A stretch of DNA of 64,000 nucleotides from a virus, in the IMG/VR virus record IMGVR_UViG_3300009155_000048, positions 1 to 64,000 of that record; one strand, written 5' to 3'. Below the pieces are notes generated by a model. The model saw nothing but the letters and a program-made list of their open reading frames with translations, searched no databases and was not told the origin of the DNA. Numbering within the stretch: position 1 is the first letter of the stretch; every line of letters starts with the position of its first letter. Both the position numbers and the translations under genes were made by a program. Positions 18,707-28,552 of this stretch are shown here, one piece after another.

Positions 18707-20955
18707 ATGTAAGGATTTAAATCTCTAAGTGAAATTGAATTACTAATAAATGACATAAATGCGTCTCTACTTATGTTATACTCTCTAGCCATTTCATCCG
18801 AAACAACTCTAATATCTCCACGTAAATCATCAATATAATTTCTAACTATCTTTCTACAAATTTCAGTAAAATCTGAAAAGTAGATGCCTGATATATCACC
18901 ATCACGGTCACGTATATTACTAATTCTATCCATGAAATTGGTAGCCTTTTCTGATCTCAACCAATCATTAACCATACCTCTTGAGTCACTAGTATCATCA
19001 TAAATTATAAAAGCTAATGTTAATCCAGATAATATTTCATACACTAGTTGTACTTGGTCATCGGTTAAATTGTAATTTTCAAATCTTGAAAGGATTTCAA
19101 GATTAATAGATTCATCAATTGTCATAAATTTTTTCCAAACTAAATCAAAAAATTTTAAATATAAATCAGTACCATCTATGCCACTCATTTTGCTATCGAT
19201 TTCAAATTGTCTTCTATAACCAGATGAATTTTTTAACCAAAGCTCATGAAACTTTGTTTTAGTTTCAATAATTGAATCTTTAGTAGATTGGTCAATATTT
19301 GACTCATTTACAAAGTTCATAAATTTTGTATAGTTTAATTGTTCATAAGATGATCTAAAATCAACTACACTAATCCATTTATTATCGTCACTCGGAGTCA
19401 ATCCAAATAAAATAGCATCTTCTCTAAGAAGATATGCTCTACCATCTCTTTCTTTAACTAATTCGGTGAAGTTGTTAACTTTTGGTATAACATCATAATA
19501 TCTACCACAATCAAAAAGCTCAAAACACCCCTGTTTTATTTGCCATTCATTCCAAAAATCTTTTACCACTAAATCATCACTGTAATATCTTTCACCACCG
19601 AGTTTATAATCTGGTGTCTTCCAATCATTCGACTTTAGCTTTGTTTCTATTTCAAATAGATTCTCATGACGTTCCATTTTTGAAATAAAATCAATTGGAT
19701 GTAAGTAATCACCAATATATTTAGTTGCAACTTTAATTATTGCATCTCTATGTATTAATCCAAATTCTTTAGTATCCACAGCTTGTCTCTTATCAATCCA
19801 ATCTTGCATTGATTCCGACCAAACAGCATTGTCTTGATATATCCACTCATCTAAAAATTCACATTTTTTACACATAGACTTTGGAACCCACCCAAACTTA
19901 CTATCTTCTATAGCTTCCTTTCTATTAATAAACATATTTAGCTTTTTTGAGAATACATGACTTAATCTACTTGGTAATCCCTCATTATGATTTCTAATTT
20001 CAGATACAGAATAGTTTCTTGTGATATCTTTATCATGCCAATGATTAAAATTGGAAACATATCCATTACCTAAAATTTTTCCTTCTTTATCAATCTTTTC
20101 ATATAAATAATTGAAACTATCAGCATATGGATAATGTTCAAAATTAACTTTATTTAAGAAAACTTTCATCTCATATTGATTTTCCGAATTTTTATGTGAT
20201 GCTAATATCTTTGGATCTTTATTACATAAGTTATCAACAACCCAATCAAATAAGAATTGAAAATCAGAGTCTTGTTCTGTATAGATTCTATCTAAGTAAA
20301 ACTTTTTATTACCTTGTGATGTTTCATCCAATACCCAAAATAGTGCTCTAGCTACTAATTTACCCTCATCTGTGATAATTACCATTGATATTTTATCTGG
20401 ATTTTCAGCATAAATATTCATAAAGTGATTAACCTTTTCATATCTCATACAAGAACTACCTAACGTTCCTTTATCAGAGTTATAATTATTTATATTATAC
20501 CATTTTAGAATATCTTTACCTTTAACAACTTCAGTTTTACGACTTACAATACCATGTTTTTTATTCCAAGTAGATTTGAAATTATTGATGAATTTTTCAA
20601 CATCGGTATCTTTGAATTGGTTGTGTCCATTATCTTTAAGAATCTGATTAATCATTCTACCAATTTTAGCATTACCTTTAGTTTTGGTAGTAACATCATC
20701 ACCTTTAGTTAGAAATCTTTGATATTGATTATCTGGTAAAAATGAAACCTCATCATTCTTTTCTTTATCAACATCAATTAGGTTGTAATTAGTTTTAATA
20801 TCAGGTTTATCATCAATAATACTATATAAAATATCAGCTATCTTATCACCATTTGGCATATCATGTATAATGTTCTTAAATTCTTTTGATGTAACCATAA
20901 CAGATTCCAACAATTGATATACTAAATAATCACTATATTTACGAGCTAATTTCAT
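18703..20955 (-). CDS. SCM...RALxW...DRIY family protein (paralog 1)
   Basis: GTLGSSCMRY, ARALFW, FYLDRIY, YPYADS shared with 28553 and 33105 ORFs. Confidence 0.7.
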   Translation of the reverse strand: MKLARKYSDYLVYQLLESVMVTSKEFKNIIHDMPNGDKIADILYSIIDDKPDIKTNYNLIDVDKEKNDEVSFLPDNQYQRFLTKGDDVTTKTKGNAKIGRMINQILKDNGHNQFKDTDVEKFINNFKSTWNKKHGIVSRKTEVVKGKDILKWYNINNYNSDKGTLGSSCMRYEKVNHFMNIYAENPDKISMVIITDEGKLVARALFWVLDETSQGNKKFYLDRIYTEQDSDFQFLFDWVVDNLCNKDPKILASHKNSENQYEMKVFLNKVNFEHYPYADSFNYLYEKIDKEGKILGNGYVSNFNHWHDKDITRNYSVSEIRNHNEGLPSRLSHVFSKKLNMFINRKEAIEDSKFGWVPKSMCKKCEFLDEWIYQDNAVWSESMQDWIDKRQAVDTKEFGLIHRDAIIKVATKYIGDYLHPIDFISKMERHENLFEIETKLKSNDWKTPDYKLGGERYYSDDLVVKDFWNEWQIKQGCFELFDCGRYYDVIPKVNNFTELVKERDGRAYLLREDAILFGLTPSDDNKWISVVDFRSSYEQLNYTKFMNFVNESNIDQSTKDSIIETKTKFHELWLKNSSGYRRQFEIDSKMSGIDGTDLYLKFFDLVWKKFMTIDESINLEILSRFENYNLTDDQVQLVYEILSGLTLAFIIYDDTSDSRGMVNDWLRSEKATNFMDRISNIRDRDGDISGIYFSDFTEICRKIVRNYIDDLRGDIRVVSDEMAREYNISRDAFMSFISNSISLRDLNPYI

Positions 20956-20956
20956 A

Positions 20957-21853
20957 TTATTGTTCTTTTATTAAAGTATTTTTACCTAAGTCTTTACCTT
21001 CTCCATCTTTAATATCATATGGTCTAGCAAAAGTAGGTTTATCTAAATCTTTATTAATTTTAATGTTCAATTTATCTTTTAGTTTAGTAACTAAATAGTT
21101 AAATCCATTTTTTGCTAAAAATGTACCAATACCAACACCAATAGAAAGAAAATTCATTGGAAGTGTTTCAATATTAAAATCATACTTATCAATCATCCAT
21201 CTAATTGCATTCATTGATGGTATTAAAATAGTTGTATAAGCAAACATATCTAAAAATCCACTTATTATATAAGGAGTATTCTTAAAAATAGTCTTAAATA
21301 AATTACCAATTGATTTGAAACAAGAAACTAATTTTTTAACAATTCCATTTCCAAATCCTCTTAATTTTAATTCTTCTAATATAGTTCTCGCATCTGCCTT
21401 AGTTACTTCACTCTTAAATGCTCCAGAACCATTACAAGACTTACATTCTTCTTCACTTCCATCTTCTTCTTCTTCTTCACCGATGTAACCCAATCCATCA
21501 CAGTCTGGACATTCTACAACATCATCTCCAGCTTTATTATTCTTTTCTTCTAAGTAAGTAATAGCAAGAGCGGCAATAGTTAATAAAACTATATTCTCTG
21601 AATTCAAATCTACTTTAAGATTGCCATTTTTAATAAGATTTTCAACAACTGGATACATTGCTCTAATTCCAGCACCAAATGTAAAAACTAAACTATAGTT
21701 AAATTTCAAATCTCTTGATAAAGATTTAAGAATATTCTGAATATACGAATCATCAACAGATTCATTTAGCTTAGGATTAATAATCATTTCAATAAGTTCT
21801 TCAGCCATTTTTAATGACTCTTTGTGTTGATTATATTTTAATATTTTAGACAT
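20957..21853 (-). CDS. Hypothetical protein with hydrophobic segments and DnaJ-type zinc finger
   Basis: CPDCDGLG...CKSCNGSG. Confidence 0.6.
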   Translation of the reverse strand: MSKILKYNQHKESLKMAEELIEMIINPKLNESVDDSYIQNILKSLSRDLKFNYSLVFTFGAGIRAMYPVVENLIKNGNLKVDLNSENIVLLTIAALAITYLEEKNNKAGDDVVECPDCDGLGYIGEEEEEDGSEEECKSCNGSGAFKSEVTKADARTILEELKLRGFGNGIVKKLVSCFKSIGNLFKTIFKNTPYIISGFLDMFAYTTILIPSMNAIRWMIDKYDFNIETLPMNFLSIGVGIGTFLAKNGFNYLVTKLKDKLNIKINKDLDKPTFARPYDIKDGEGKDLGKNTLIKEQ

Positions 21854-21931
21854 ATTGAATATATATTAATTATTATACTTTAATTTTTAACTTTAATAAA
21901 AATGTACATTTTGGTATTAATATATATTAAA

Positions 21932-22123
21932 ATGAAATGTATTAAATTATTTGAAAACTTCTCTGATAGTGATTCAGAAAAACCAAAAGAAAGACCTGAG
22001 AGAAAAGCAAGACCTGAAAAAAAGGACATTAAAAGATGTATTGGTCAATGCGAAAGAAAGTTTTTCTTAAAAGACGGCAAACCAGTTGTGTATTGTCCAT
22101 CTTGTGATAGAATATTGAATTAA
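21932..22123 (+). CDS. Small zinc-ribbon protein with capsid-targeting-like N-terminus
   Basis: MKCIKLFENF; CIGQC...CPSC. Confidence 0.6.
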   Translation: MKCIKLFENFSDSDSEKPKERPERKARPEKKDIKRCIGQCERKFFLKDGKPVVYCPSCDRILN

Positions 22124-22164
22124 ATTTTTAATATATATAGTTATATAAAAAACAAGTAAAAAAC

Positions 22165-22458
22165 ATGAAATACTTAAAATTATTTGAAGACTACAAACAA
22201 GAAGAATTGTGCAAAGAATGTGATTGCAAACTATCTGAATGTAAATGTGACAATGCTGAAGAAGCAAACGAAGCTAAAAAGGCTAAGCCAGATTTCTTAG
22301 ACTTAGATAAAGACGGTGATAAGAAAGAGTCTATGAAAAAAGCAGCTGCTGATAAAAAGAAAGATGGTAAGTCAGAAAAGCCTGCTAAATTAACCGCAGC
22401 TCAAAAGAAACTTCCAGAAGGGCTGAGAAAAGCAATTGAAGCTAGAAAGAAAAAGTAA
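22165..22458 (+). CDS. Small basic, Cys-cluster protein with capsid-targeting-like N-terminus
   Basis: MKYLKLFEDY; CKECDCKLSECKC; KPDFLDLDKDGDKKESMKKA. Confidence 0.7.
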   Translation: MKYLKLFEDYKQEELCKECDCKLSECKCDNAEEANEAKKAKPDFLDLDKDGDKKESMKKAAADKKKDGKSEKPAKLTAAQKKLPEGLRKAIEARKKK

Positions 22459-22721
22459 TGAAACATCTAAGAACTTTTGAGAGTTTTTCTAAGTCAACCG
22501 AAGATGAAACTAAAGATTTCTTAGATCAATTTGGCGAAGACTCTGATGCAGCTAATACTATAGGAATTGGCGTTCCTTGTACAGACTGTAATTGTGTTGT
22601 AGAAGAATGTAATTGTGGATGCAAATCCTGTAAAACAAAACAAAAACACGGTGTTAGTTTCAAAAGAGAACCATATAAACAAGATTATACACCAGATAAA
22701 AAAGATGAAATAACAAAATAA
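22458..22721 (+). CDS. Small Cys-rich protein with capsid-targeting-like N-terminus
   Basis: MKHLRTFESF; CTDCNCVVEECNCGCKSC. Confidence 0.7.
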   Translation: MKHLRTFESFSKSTEDETKDFLDQFGEDSDAANTIGIGVPCTDCNCVVEECNCGCKSCKTKQKHGVSFKREPYKQDYTPDKKDEITK

Positions 22722-22749
22722 AAAACCACTCATATATGAGTGGTTTTTT
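22720..22749. terminator. Bidirectional terminator
   Basis: AAAAAACCACTCAT-at-ATGAGTGGTTTTT between convergent genes. Confidence 0.75.
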
Positions 22750-22751
22750 AT

Positions 22752-24023
22752 TTATGATCCAACTTTGACATCTATCCGTTTAATTGCTACTTGTAACCAA
22801 TCCGGTATTAAATGTGAACTATACTTTAAGATATCAGAAAAGGATCCATCTATAATAATCGTATCTGCGAAATCGGTTTTGCTCCTTACTGAACGACCAG
22901 TCATTTGTAGTAAACCACAAACAGTTTTCCAGGCATACCACTCTGGATTATTTTTCTGTCGCATTTTGTTTTTTTGTGAACCGAGGCTAGGATACGGAAT
23001 TTTAGCTATAATTTGAAATCTACTTCTATCATGGTCAAATGAAACTCCAGTTCCAACAGATGGACTAACAAAAACTGTTGGATCCTCTGTTTCAAAATGT
23101 TTTCTCAACATTTCATCTTTATTACTGGATTCATGAAACACTAATCTTGGATTGTCAACGCCTCTTTGGATCCAATTTGATAACTCAAAAGAATTGGTGT
23201 GAATGATTCCTTTTTTACCTTCATACTTTTTCAACAACTTATGTAAATAAGTAACATAATTCTTAAATGTTTCTTCTTTTTTAGCATAAGACATTTTACC
23301 CAATGGCATATAATATATTGGTCTGTTTTCAACCGGAAACGGTGATGGTACAGAATAGTAAACTGTTTTATCTTCATCTAATCCATTTAATTCTGAAAAT
23401 AATCTTTTATCTAAAATAGTACCAGACATTAAGATAACCATATCATACTTACTCCAAACATACTTATCTAAGTAGTCATAAGCCCAAATTGGTTCTAATG
23501 ATAATTCTTTTTGATCTGTTTTTTCATTGAAATAAGTTTCAAGTACCCAATTGTGTGGATTTTCTTTATATTCTTTTAAGAAAAGGTCAATTTTTAATTG
23601 ATATTGTTTTAAGTCACTTATAACTTGCATCAACTTAACATCGCTATTTCCACCAACACCAGTTATCTTAGATATTCTTAAATCTCTTTTATCTTGTTTA
23701 ATATTTCTACCACCTTGCATAGACTTATCAACATCATCAATGGTTTGAATAACCTCACCTTTAAGATACTCTAAGAAAGTAATATACTGAGTAATAGTTC
23801 CAACTTTTTTAAGTTTCTTTAAGATATCATCCTCATTAGTAAACTTCAATTTCTTAACAGTAGTTTCTGTTATTTTAATAGAAACAAAATCACTCATTAC
23901 ATCATCAAATTCGTGGCAATTACTAACACAATGATTACTTGCAAAATAATTGTGATTGTCTTTTATATGTAAATTATAAACATCTTCTTTATAATCTATT
24001 TTTTTAATACTTTTAATTTTCAT
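22752..24023 (-). CDS. DinG/XPD-like SF2 helicase, C-terminal part, preceded by split-intein C fragment (aa 1-35)
   Basis: MKIKSIKKIDYKEDVYNLHIKDNHNYFASNHCVSN|C; LMSGTI, SPF, GVSF, KIPYP, QMTGRSVRS. Confidence 0.9.
   Translation of the reverse strand: MKIKSIKKIDYKEDVYNLHIKDNHNYFASNHCVSNCHEFDDVMSDFVSIKITETTVKKLKFTNEDDILKKLKKVGTITQYITFLEYLKGEVIQTIDDVDKSMQGGRNIKQDKRDLRISKITGVGGNSDVKLMQVISDLKQYQLKIDLFLKEYKENPHNWVLETYFNEKTDQKELSLEPIWAYDYLDKYVWSKYDMVILMSGTILDKRLFSELNGLDEDKTVYYSVPSPFPVENRPIYYMPLGKMSYAKKEETFKNYVTYLHKLLKKYEGKKGIIHTNSFELSNWIQRGVDNPRLVFHESSNKDEMLRKHFETEDPTVFVSPSVGTGVSFDHDRSRFQIIAKIPYPSLGSQKNKMRQKNNPEWYAWKTVCGLLQMTGRSVRSKTDFADTIIIDGSFSDILKYSSHLIPDWLQVAIKRIDVKVGS
23919..24023 (-). mobile_element. 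Split intein C-terminal fragment (IntC, 35 aa)
   Basis: Block F VYNL.I..NHNYFA, terminal SN followed by Cys+1. Confidence 0.9.
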
Positions 24024-24889
24024 TTCTCAAACTGTTTTAAATTTTTAACTATCTTATCTTCACTTGGTTGCCCTTTTACTATACTTTCATTATAGTTTCT
24101 GATAAACCACTTATCTGTTATTATTACAAATTTATAGTCTTTTAGATTACACCACTTTTTAGCATATCTAATTTTAGTTCTAACTTTATGGTCATCAATA
24201 TTTGATAGAGGTTTTATCTCATATAAAATCTTATTTTCAGTATCAACAAAATCAACTATATAATTATGTTGTACTCCTTTGTATTTGTATGGAATAACAA
24301 CTTTCTCATAAATCAAATCAACATTAAATAATTGAAAATAAGCTTCCCAGGTGGATCTAGTTTTAGTTTTGATAAATTCATTTCCTCTGTAAAATTCTAT
24401 TTCACATCTCGATTTAGCCCAACTATTAGTAACATTAGGTATAAATTTACCATCTCTTATATTGGCCTTCATCTTAACTGAATTTTTATTACACATAGAT
24501 TTAAAAGTTTCACTACTCATCCTATGACTTGTATTATTTTCACCAAGTTGTCTATCCGAAATTGATTTATAATTACACTTAGGATCATCACAGAACTTAT
24601 AAATTCCATATTTTTTTCTAATTAAATTAAAATCTTCTCTATTTGGGAACAAACTTGTAATTTTTCTTTTATTTGGACAATTTTTACTTTTACACTTCTT
24701 ATCCCAATGTTCTGTTAAAAATTCAAAACAAGTTTTAATTTCATCAAATTTTAATTTATAACCTAATTCTAAAAATATCATATTTAATGATGATATCTTA
24801 TCCCTTTCCAATTTCTTATAAATAAATCTGTCTTTAATACTTGAGATATAATCATATATTTTATTCTTCTCCTCTATTGTCAAATTCAT
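24020..24889 (-). CDS. Free-standing PD-(D/E)XK (TnsA-like) endonuclease between split-intein halves
   Basis: RSTWE...YEK..IPY...HNYIVDF...YEIKP. Confidence 0.75.
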   Translation of the reverse strand: MNLTIEEKNKIYDYISSIKDRFIYKKLERDKISSLNMIFLELGYKLKFDEIKTCFEFLTEHWDKKCKSKNCPNKRKITSLFPNREDFNLIRKKYGIYKFCDDPKCNYKSISDRQLGENNTSHRMSSETFKSMCNKNSVKMKANIRDGKFIPNVTNSWAKSRCEIEFYRGNEFIKTKTRSTWEAYFQLFNVDLIYEKVVIPYKYKGVQHNYIVDFVDTENKILYEIKPLSNIDDHKVRTKIRYAKKWCNLKDYKFVIITDKWFIRNYNESIVKGQPSEDKIVKNLKQFEK

Positions 24890-25196
24890 GGGATTCTATT
24901 TTTTCATTTATATATAAAATCTCATCTTCTTCATTCAAATCTTCTACTTTTTTCCAATCACCATTTAATAACTTTACTTTGTGATTACCTGTTATTTTTA
25001 AATTGTCACCATTTTCCATTTCAATCTCATACATCTGTTTGCCTTTATTTAGGTTCCTATGCAATTTAACAACTGGCTTTATTTCTATATCACCACTGTC
25101 CTCATTTATAGTTTTAACTAAATCACCAATCTCTATATCTTTTATCTTTTTAAAACTTCCATCAGATAAAGTTATTTCAGTATCAGGATGAAGACA
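24861..25196 (-). mobile_element. Split intein N-terminal fragment (IntN, aa 168-278)
   Basis: Block A CLHPDTEITLSDG..KKIKDI.IGD.V; block B ITGNHKV. Confidence 0.9.
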
Positions 25197-25697
25197 CTCA
25201 TCTACAATTAAAACATTAGCCTTTCTTTGATCCATAACTCCATTATTATAAAGAGCATATATTAAATATAAGTAAAAATTAGTTAAACTAACTCTACCAC
25301 CAATGTATCCACCTTTGGCATCATCATACGGACAAAAATCACAACTGGTTTTATTTAGTCTATTAAACTCTTTACCATTTGCACAAGAACAAGCGTATTG
25401 AGCACACTCATAATTTTCTTTACCTTTTAGATTATTGATGGATTCATATGTATCATCATATTGGTCTTGTAGAATTTTACCAGCAGTTATAATATCAACT
25501 TTTGATCCAACATCAATTTTTGAGGTATACCAATCAGATATCATCATAGCTAAGTGACTTTTACCACTACCGACCGGCATATTTAATAGGAAAAACTTAG
25601 TATCTGGTTTATCACTCTTAGTCTTTATAATGAAGTCAAGTGCGTCTGTTTGTTCTTGACGTGGTGTATATTTGATTAAATCTTTCTTAATTGACAT
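24861..25697 (-). CDS. DinG-like helicase N-terminal part fused to split-intein N fragment
   Basis: PRQEQ Q-motif, PVGSGKS, Cys cluster, VLIVDE|CLHPDTEI. Confidence 0.9.
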   Translation of the reverse strand: MSIKKDLIKYTPRQEQTDALDFIIKTKSDKPDTKFFLLNMPVGSGKSHLAMMISDWYTSKIDVGSKVDIITAGKILQDQYDDTYESINNLKGKENYECAQYACSCANGKEFNRLNKTSCDFCPYDDAKGGYIGGRVSLTNFYLYLIYALYNNGVMDQRKANVLIVDECLHPDTEITLSDGSFKKIKDIEIGDLVKTINEDSGDIEIKPVVKLHRNLNKGKQMYEIEMENGDNLKITGNHKVKLLNGDWKKVEDLNEEDEILYINEKIESHEFDNRGEE

Positions 25698-25746
25698 AAA
25701 AGTTATATAGTCAATATTTAGATTAGTTTAATTAATATATACAAAT

Positions 25747-26415
25747 ATGAGATATCTACAAATGTATGAAAATTTTGACAAAAATCAAAAAGATGAGACT
25801 TTATACATCTTTGACTTTGACGATACCATTGTGGATAGCCCAAGATTTGAAGAGTTAGCAATCGAATACCTTAAAGAAAGTGAAACAATTGGAACTCTTT
25901 TGCAAAAATCTGTAAATCAAATTAATATTACTTTTCGAGATTTAAAAATTGAAGATGGTAGATTATATGTAAATGATCCAGATGAAAAAATCAAATTAAA
26001 AGGAAACTGGGTTAGAAAGAAAAAACGTGTTTACTTAGTAGCTCCTGATAGATTCTATTTTAGTGATTTAAGTCTTCCAAAATCACCAACTAAGTTATCA
26101 GAACTTTATAATCAAGTTGAAAATAAAGCTATCGTAACTGGTAGAATGAAAGTAATGAAATCTAAAATCGAAAAGGTTTTAGATGAATTTGGATTAGAAC
26201 AACCAAATCATGGACTTTTTTGTTATCCATTAGGTGATGAAACCACTGATAAGGTTGCAATCTGGAAAGGAAAGACTATTGTTCAGCTAATCAAAGATAC
26301 TGGTTTTAAGAAAGTTAAATTCTACGATGATAACTCTAAATGGGTTAACAAAGTTGTCGAAGCCGTTAAGAGAGACTTGCCTGAAATTGATTTTGAAGGA
26401 ATTAAAGTTAAATAA
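25747..26415 (+). CDS. HAD-superfamily phosphatase-like protein
   Basis: FDFDDT, IVTGR, FYDD motifs; MRYLQMYENF N-terminus. Confidence 0.75.
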   Translation: MRYLQMYENFDKNQKDETLYIFDFDDTIVDSPRFEELAIEYLKESETIGTLLQKSVNQINITFRDLKIEDGRLYVNDPDEKIKLKGNWVRKKKRVYLVAPDRFYFSDLSLPKSPTKLSELYNQVENKAIVTGRMKVMKSKIEKVLDEFGLEQPNHGLFCYPLGDETTDKVAIWKGKTIVQLIKDTGFKKVKFYDDNSKWVNKVVEAVKRDLPEIDFEGIKVK

Positions 26416-27906
26416 TTATAACTCAGCTTCTAACATTTTAATTTCATCTAAAACTTTTTTTAGTTCATCTTTTTTAGACATCATTATTTTTTTATTTTTC
26501 TTTCTATCCGCATAAACATCTTCCAACATTTTAATTGTAGGTGAGTTTCTTTTTTCAAAAACAACTCCATTTACACAAACAACATGGTTACTGTTTATTT
26601 TAACCCCATTATCACAATACTCTTTATTATTTGGATTTTGTATTCCTATAAAATTTTCAGGAGCGATATAGAACTGTCTCTGAGTAGTTGGATAAAGTGA
26701 TGCAAAATCATAGGTTACACACCACTGATTCATACCAGTTACCGGATCCTTTACCCAACCACCAGCAATACCAACATTTTCACCAGGCTCTTTATCACCT
26801 CTAAATAAAACTATATTTTCTTGTTCACGAAATCTATTTCTGAGAACACCCTCTGTAATAGCTAAAGAACCAAGTGCATTATTCATCTGTGAGATAACAT
26901 CCACAATCTTTATTTGCGCAAGTGATGAAATCGCATAAATAATTGAGATATAGTTTCTGGATTCATGTATCTTTTGTACTAACACGGAGTCAACCGCGTT
27001 ATAGTACATAAATGTTTCAAAGTCATCCTCATACAATCTTTGTAGTGAACCTGTATATTTAATCTTTTCAACCCCAACTAACTTACTAGACACGAAATCC
27101 AATGAAGATGATTCTTTTACTTTAATTGATGTGTCACAGATTTCATACAACTGCATATAGTCAAAAATCATTCTATGTGCTGGCATTTCTTCATTTGACA
27201 TCCAAACCTTATTTAATCTTTTTGTTAAAGAAGCAACTGCTGGATTAATATCATACTCTCTACCATTAACATATTTTTTAAGCTTTCTAGCACGATTCAC
27301 TAAATAAACCCAGTCATAGTTAATAAAGTTCCAACCAGTGATGAGTGGCATTTTTGGAATCATCTTATAAAAGAAAGCATACATCATATCAAATTCATCT
27401 TCATATTTGATATATTTTAGTTTATAATTAGAACCAAACTTAGCAAAGTACTTATTAGTATTATCTTTAATACGCTGTTGCATATCTTCTGGCATATCTT
27501 TTAATCCAAGTAGAATGATTTTATCATCATATACAATTGAAATAGATAGAACTTTTGTGGGAGCTGTCTCAGCATCAGGAAAACCATCAACAATCTCAGT
27601 CTCAATATCGACAAAGTAGATATTTGGAAGATTATACTCAAATATCTCTTCTTTTTCCTTTTCTGGAAGAGAATCTAAGAACTCATAGATAGCATATCTA
27701 TCTGGAGTATTCACTTCCTCGTGTTTAACATTCTTACCATCCCAAGATTTGAATGTTGGATGACGGTCTTTATCATCATCATCACAAACAATATATTTTT
27801 TGGGATTCTCCCATTCGTAATATTTTAGTTTTATATCGCCGGTTTTATCAACATAACTTACTACTAATCGCTTACTATTATTTAAATATTGTGTATCTAC
27901 TAACAT
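26416..27906 (-). CDS. Family B DNA polymerase, N-terminal subunit (exonuclease plus motif A) of a split polymerase
   Basis: DIETE, TGWN..YD, YNAVD exonuclease motifs; DFASLYP; ends before motifs B and C. Confidence 0.88.
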   Translation of the reverse strand: MLVDTQYLNNSKRLVVSYVDKTGDIKLKYYEWENPKKYIVCDDDDKDRHPTFKSWDGKNVKHEEVNTPDRYAIYEFLDSLPEKEKEEIFEYNLPNIYFVDIETEIVDGFPDAETAPTKVLSISIVYDDKIILLGLKDMPEDMQQRIKDNTNKYFAKFGSNYKLKYIKYEDEFDMMYAFFYKMIPKMPLITGWNFINYDWVYLVNRARKLKKYVNGREYDINPAVASLTKRLNKVWMSNEEMPAHRMIFDYMQLYEICDTSIKVKESSSLDFVSSKLVGVEKIKYTGSLQRLYEDDFETFMYYNAVDSVLVQKIHESRNYISIIYAISSLAQIKIVDVISQMNNALGSLAITEGVLRNRFREQENIVLFRGDKEPGENVGIAGGWVKDPVTGMNQWCVTYDFASLYPTTQRQFYIAPENFIGIQNPNNKEYCDNGVKINSNHVVCVNGVVFEKRNSPTIKMLEDVYADRKKNKKIMMSKKDELKKVLDEIKMLEAEL

Positions 27907-27967
27907 TAATTTATTTTTACTTTTGTTTTTATATCATGAAATCTGCATATTGTTCATGTTTTAAAAT

Positions 27968-27995
27968 AAAAAACCCTCTTTTTTAGAGAGGGTTT
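27968..27995 (-). terminator. Terminator hairpin
   Basis: AAACCCTCT...AGAGGGTTT. Confidence 0.6.
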
Positions 27996-28000
27996 GAGTT

Positions 28001-28525
28001 TTAGAAATCAATATCGAAAAAATCTAACTTATTACCACTTGAGTCAGTGACCATTAAATCAGAGTTTCTTAGAATCTGTGCCTCATAATATTTACCAACA
28101 CGGAATAAAGTTCTAATAAAAGGAATATCATCACTATTTTTATCAATTCTTTCAGAGTCAATCATTAGACAAAGAACTCTTCTATCATCTTCTGGGTTAT
28201 AGTTGATAACATTTTCATCCATGTCTTTCTCTGCTCCTTTCTTAGCATAACAAATAAATTTGGTTTCTAATGTTTCACCAGAAACAACATATTTAATATT
28301 GACATTTGTATCTGGTTTAATATCTACTTCCTCATTTAGATATACTCTAACCCAAAAGTAAACTTTCTGAGATTCTACTATTTCATTTCTTGGTTTAAAA
28401 TCAACACCACTATAATCAACTTTATCTAAATCAATTGACTTAGCTTGTTCAACTAAGCTATTAACATAATTTTGTTGAATTTCTTTTCTATCCGGAAAGG
28501 GATTAAAAACTCCAGGTTTATTCAT
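28001..28525 (-). CDS. Hypothetical protein
   Basis: 174-aa ORF with TAATATATA upstream. Confidence 0.6.
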   Translation of the reverse strand: MNKPGVFNPFPDRKEIQQNYVNSLVEQAKSIDLDKVDYSGVDFKPRNEIVESQKVYFWVRVYLNEEVDIKPDTNVNIKYVVSGETLETKFICYAKKGAEKDMDENVINYNPEDDRRVLCLMIDSERIDKNSDDIPFIRTLFRVGKYYEAQILRNSDLMVTDSSGNKLDFFDIDF

Positions 28526-28552
28526 TTTATAAAATAATATTTTTTATTTATA

